Shown here in pieces: positions 59,351 through 64,000 of a stretch of 64,000 nt of DNA; the stretch's first letter is position 1; each line of letters starts with the position of its first letter. Source of the stretch: the human T2T-CHM13v2.0 reference genome, Homo sapiens; the NCBI RefSeq assembly GCF_009914755.1, contig NC_060927.1; one strand, 5' to 3'. The notes under the pieces were generated by a model. The model was not told the DNA's origin and ran no database searches. It was given only the letters and a program-made list of their open reading frames with translations. Made by a program: the position numbers and the translations under genes.

Positions 59351-60370
59351 GGTCCAAGGCTGGTGGGTGACTTGTTCTCAGGTCATTCACATGCCACAGA
59401 ACAGGCCTCCTGTGAAGCCCATAAAATCTTAGGCAGATGAGTACCCTCAGCCAAACACACTGGTCAATCCCATTTACCCTTCCATGTCATCTCTCTGGGG
59501 GTAGCTTTGCATCAGTTTATAGCTTTCCTGATTTAGGGGGCTCTCATGTCAGAGAAGTCACTTAAAAGTCAAATTATTATTATCATTAAACATGAAGAAA
59601 CATGTCCAAGCTGTCAAATATCAAACAGGCTCTGATTTCTATTCAACATTATTTTCTCTCTCAGAACGGTTTCCTTCCAGCTGCAATCAATATATATTTT
59701 TGGCAGAAGAGATGCTAAAGAAAAAAAAAAAATCTCCCAGCTTGTCTCCAAGGATTTCACTTTTGCACATACATAGAGATCTGACAATAATGGTGACAAC
59801 ATCCGTTTGTTCTGTGTTTGCAATTAGTCTAGCATTTTCACATGCATTATATAATCCCATTAGACAGACAGGCAGGTAATAGTATCCCCATGTTAGATAA
59901 GAAGCCCCTGAAGGACATAGTACACATAAGCTTCTCCAATCCTACCACTAGTAAGTGATAAAGCTGATTGTGAGTGTATGGATGTGAAGAGTAAAAATGC
60001 TCCTACCTTTCTCAAGATACGTGGAAGAGGAAGTGGTTGGAATTATGAAGTTAAGCAATGTGGTCCTCGTTGTAATATACCTTAATATTTCATTTTGTGT
60101 CAACCAAATGAATCTATCATGAGATATAAAAAGATACCTTAATAATAAAATGAAGAGACATTATAATCCAACAAAGTTACCACTGTGTGGATTAGACAAG
60201 TAGTAGCAACTGAGAAGCATTGAGTGTGAGCACTTCCTGTTTTAAATGAGCCACAGACATGCCAAATGAGTGAAACTCCTCCCCAGAGTTGTTCTAGGAC
60301 CTTGGCGCTTCTGATTTTAGAGGTCTTATCAGAGCACTAAAACTACCACCAGCATTACTTCCCTAATTTA

Positions 60371-60719
<349 letters not shown>

Positions 60720-61333
60720 TCACCAAAAAGCCAGCCCCAAATAGTTTGATTATTTATTGTTATTCCTTCTGCATGGAATAAAGAATCCAGTACAAATTGA
60801 CGTAATGTCTACTATCTAGAGTTTTACTAACATTTAGTTTTTGTACAGCTAAGTAATACCTACCCAGTAGAGAAGAACTAGAAAACACAGAAAAGCGCAA
60901 AGAAGAAAAACAAATTATCCAGAAACCTCATCTGGCGTTCAGTAAGATTTTTAGTGCATTAATCCTGAAAATCCAGCAAAATCAGGACCATGGTTTATCT
61001 AAGGGTAATGAGAAATAAGATTTCTGTATTAGAGAGATTGAGCTTTTTATTGAAATACAGGTAGTTACAAAATATTTCTTAAATGCATGTTACACATTAG
61101 TAATAGGATGGGGCAGGAGAGTGGGTAGAGAATAAAAAAATAAATTAGACACAGTTGCTCTTTATAGACTTTTACCTAAATATGAAAAAAATCAACTTCA
61201 TCATGGTTCATGGAACAATTATAGGAAAAGGTAAGGAAATGAAGATTGAACTACAGATAAGTCGAAGCGAGAGAACAGATTGCTATGCCATTACCATAAG
61301 TGATAAACCTGAAATCAATAAAGGATGTGCCTT

Positions 61334-61725
61334 CATATACCCCATGGAATACTATGCAGCCATAAAAAAGAATGAGTTCATATCCTTTGCAGGGACATGG
61401 ATGAAGTTGAAAACCTTCATTCTCAGCAAGCTAACACAAGGACAGAAAACCAAATACCGCATGTTCTCATAAGTAGGAGTTAAACAATGAGAACACAGGG
61501 ACACAGGGAGGGGAACGTCACACACGGGGGCCTTTTGGGGGTGGGGGGCAAGGGGAGGGAGAGCATTAGGACAAATACCTAATGCATGCAGGGCTTAAAA
61601 CCTAGATGATGGGTTGATAGGTACAGCAAACAACCATGGCACATGTATACAAACCACATGGCACATATAACAAACCTGCATGTTCTGCACATGTATCCCA
61701 GAACTTAAAGTAAAATTTTTAAAAA
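61334..61725 (+). mobile_element. L1PA (about PA7-8) 3' fragment
   Basis: catggaatactatgcagccataaaaaagaatgag...agagcattaggacaaatacctaatgcatgcagggcttaaaacctagatga. Degenerate TSD aaaggatgtgcctt / aaagaatatgcctt. Confidence 0.9.
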
Positions 61726-62027
61726 AAGAATATGCCTTATCTAAGGTCTCACATGTGGGACCAGCACTCAAAACCGAATTCAGGATATTCAATTCAATTA
61801 GTTATGGAAGAAGACCTTTCATGAAGAAGACACAATCAGTAATGGTGAAATTGAATTGATTCTCAAAGTTTCTAGTAGTTTTGTTTGTTTGTTATGACTG
61901 AGTACATACATCAAATTTTAATACCACTAAGAAATAATCCTTAGTACTTATGCAGTTAAAACAAAACCAATATAACTTACCTATGAAGTAGAAGAGAGAA
62001 AGATTTTTGGAAATGAACATACCCCAA

Positions 62028-62076
62028 AACAATAGCTCTCAATTTGATAACAATAGCTCTCAATTTGATAACAATA
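62028..62076. repeat. 21-bp perfect tandem duplication (aacaatagctctcaatttgat)x2.3
   Basis: Exact copies at 62028-62048 and 62049-62069, plus aacaata. Confidence 0.95.
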
Positions 62077-62838
62077 AAATAAACATTAAAAAGTCATTTA
62101 ATTTTAAATACCTTTCTTTTTCATAATCAATTAAGGATGCTTTCTTGAGTTTCATATCTGTTTTCAACTCAGTTTTATATAGCTTTGCTTAATTTAAGAA
62201 TTTATTTTCAGTCTATGAACTTTCTCTACAAAGCAGCAAACAGTTTATCATTTTTTGCTATCACTTTCAAATTCACTAGAAATATGGATGGATGCTCATT
62301 TGTAGTCAAAACATTTCCAGAAGGATTTACAAGCTTTCTTCCCAGGACTTTATACAATCATTTTTCCAGATGTAAGTTAAAACATAAATACAAGTGCTGT
62401 GACTTCTATTTTAGCACTCCACAAAATACAAATATACTATAAACAAGTGCCACTATGAAACACAGGGCTCACCTATTTTTTATAGAACAGGGACCATAGT
62501 CTGGCTGTTGGACATAGGACTGTAATTATGAGTAAGAAGATCAACTATTAGAACTGGAAATTACCATGGAGGTCTTCAAGTCCAAAGCCTTTGTTTATGT
62601 CTGAGGAAACTAAGAAAGGGAAAGAGGCTCATCCAAAGTGCATATTCAATGCAAATGTCCTGACAGCCTACAGTGTAATGACCTGCAGCAGAACTTCATA
62701 ATAAGCTCACTTCAATCTCACCAATACTGTAATTTTGCTTAATAGTCAATCAAAGAGTAAATGTTTAGTGTGCCAACAATATGATTGACACTACATTAGA
62801 GATTAAAGAATACAATAGTTTAGATGGATGGATAGTTG

Positions 62839-62849
62839 GATAGATAGAT

Positions 62850-62895
<46 letters not shown>

Positions 62896-62897
62896 CA
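62839..62897. repeat. GATA tetranucleotide STR: (GATA)2 GAT (GATA)11 GACA
   Basis: Directly counted, and preceded by (GATG)n. Confidence 0.95.
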
Positions 62898-63004
62898 TAA
62901 AGAACATCATAATATAATCTTCACCCAAAACAAGTTTATTATGTGGAAGCAAAAGGAAAAAAATCATGATTCAACATGATACAATTCACAAAGTCATATA
63001 ATAT

Positions 63005-63850
63005 CATTCATTCATTGATTAGGCATTGAGTGAGTACCTACTGTGTATAATGCACTCTGCTAAGTGCTGGGATTCAGATAACAATTTTTTGAGAATTTCC
63101 CAACCTAGTGGTGGAGATAATCTTGTAAAACAACTGTAGTGAATGCTTTAATAGAGGATCTATATAATAGCATAGAAGGGAGAAAAGCTTCTGGAAAGGT
63201 CACAGAGGGCTTCACAGGAAAAAACCCACATGAGCAGAGTTTTAAAGGATGAGTAGAGGCTGGGTGTGGTTGCTCACACCTGTAATCCCAGCAGTTTGGG
63301 AGGCCAAAGCGGGTGGATCACTTGAAGTCAGGAATTGGAGACCAGGCTGGTCAATATGGTGAAACCCTGTCTCTACCAAAAATACAAAAAAAAAACTTAG
63401 CCAGGCTTGGTGGCGTGTACCTGTAGTCTCAGCTACCCGGAAGGCTGCGGCAGGAGCATCACTAGAACCCAGGAGGCGGAGGTTGCACTGAGCCGAGATC
63501 GCTGCCACTGCACTCCAGCCTGGGCGACAGAGCGAGACTCCGTAAAAAAAAAAAAAAAAAAAAAAAAAAGTAGGAGATTACTATGCAAAGAGACGGAGTG
63601 AGGGGAAGTATCCCTGATAGAGGGGCAGGCACAGTGAAAGACACAGAGGAGTGAAACAGCATAGAGTATCTGCAGAATGGCAGAATGGCAAGTGTGGTAG
63701 AGAAGACGGGTATAACAGGAGGCGAGAGGTCAGAAAGAGTGAGATATTGACACATTTTGAACATCATGTTATGTTGTTAGTGCTTTATCCTGAAGGAAAT
63801 GAAAAGCCAAGGAGGGGTTTTAAGCTGGAAGAAAAATGTTATCAGACACA
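63005..63850 (-). mobile_element. L2 3' region interrupted by an Alu
   Basis: cattcattcattgattaggcattgagtgagtacctactgtgta...aaggatgagtag [Alu] ...ctttatcctgaaggaaatgaaaagcca. Confidence 0.75.
63258..63569 (+). mobile_element. AluS
   Basis: Dimeric Alu with a pure A tail of about 25 nt, inserted in L2. Confidence 0.95.
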
Positions 63851-64000
63851 CATAATGAAAAGGTAAAAATTATCATTAGTTTTACTTCTGAAAATGTAAT
63901 CTAGGGATATAATAATGTATACATGCAAATGGTTAGCTATAAAGATGTTCATCGTTGTGATGTTTGTAATAACCAGAAACTAAAAACACCTTAAATGTCC

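Overview
Primate genomic DNA, very likely human because it contains an AluYa5 with all five diagnostic positions. It is AT-rich, CpG-depleted and repeat-dense. I found no convincing protein-coding exon, RNA gene, CpG island or CRISPR array. The ORF track is explained by Alu, L1, LTR and microsatellite read-through or by chance. The window holds 13 Alus, several L1 fragments, LTRs (MER11, MSTA, MLT1, MLT2), DNA-transposon fossils (MER2, MER3, MER5, MER20, MER58, MADE1), and L2, L3/CR1 and MIR relics plus microsatellites. Subfamily calls come from recalled consensus motifs, not from an alignment, and the boundaries of old repeats are approximate. Most L1s and LTRs lie on the + strand, which hints at an intron of a minus-strand transcription unit that I cannot name. 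The most interesting signals are mechanistic scars: an L1PA with a twin-priming inversion plus a 27-bp fold-back hairpin at the junction (55595-56473); a patchwork of inverted copies of a 31-nt template 175 bp away (14764-15040); an AluYa5 nested in an AluSp tail inside a MER58 (36645-37890); and two orphan poly(A) insertions with target-site duplications (TSDs). There are also tentative minus-strand non-coding exons at 15992-19665. I see no evidence for a new multi-gene biological system.
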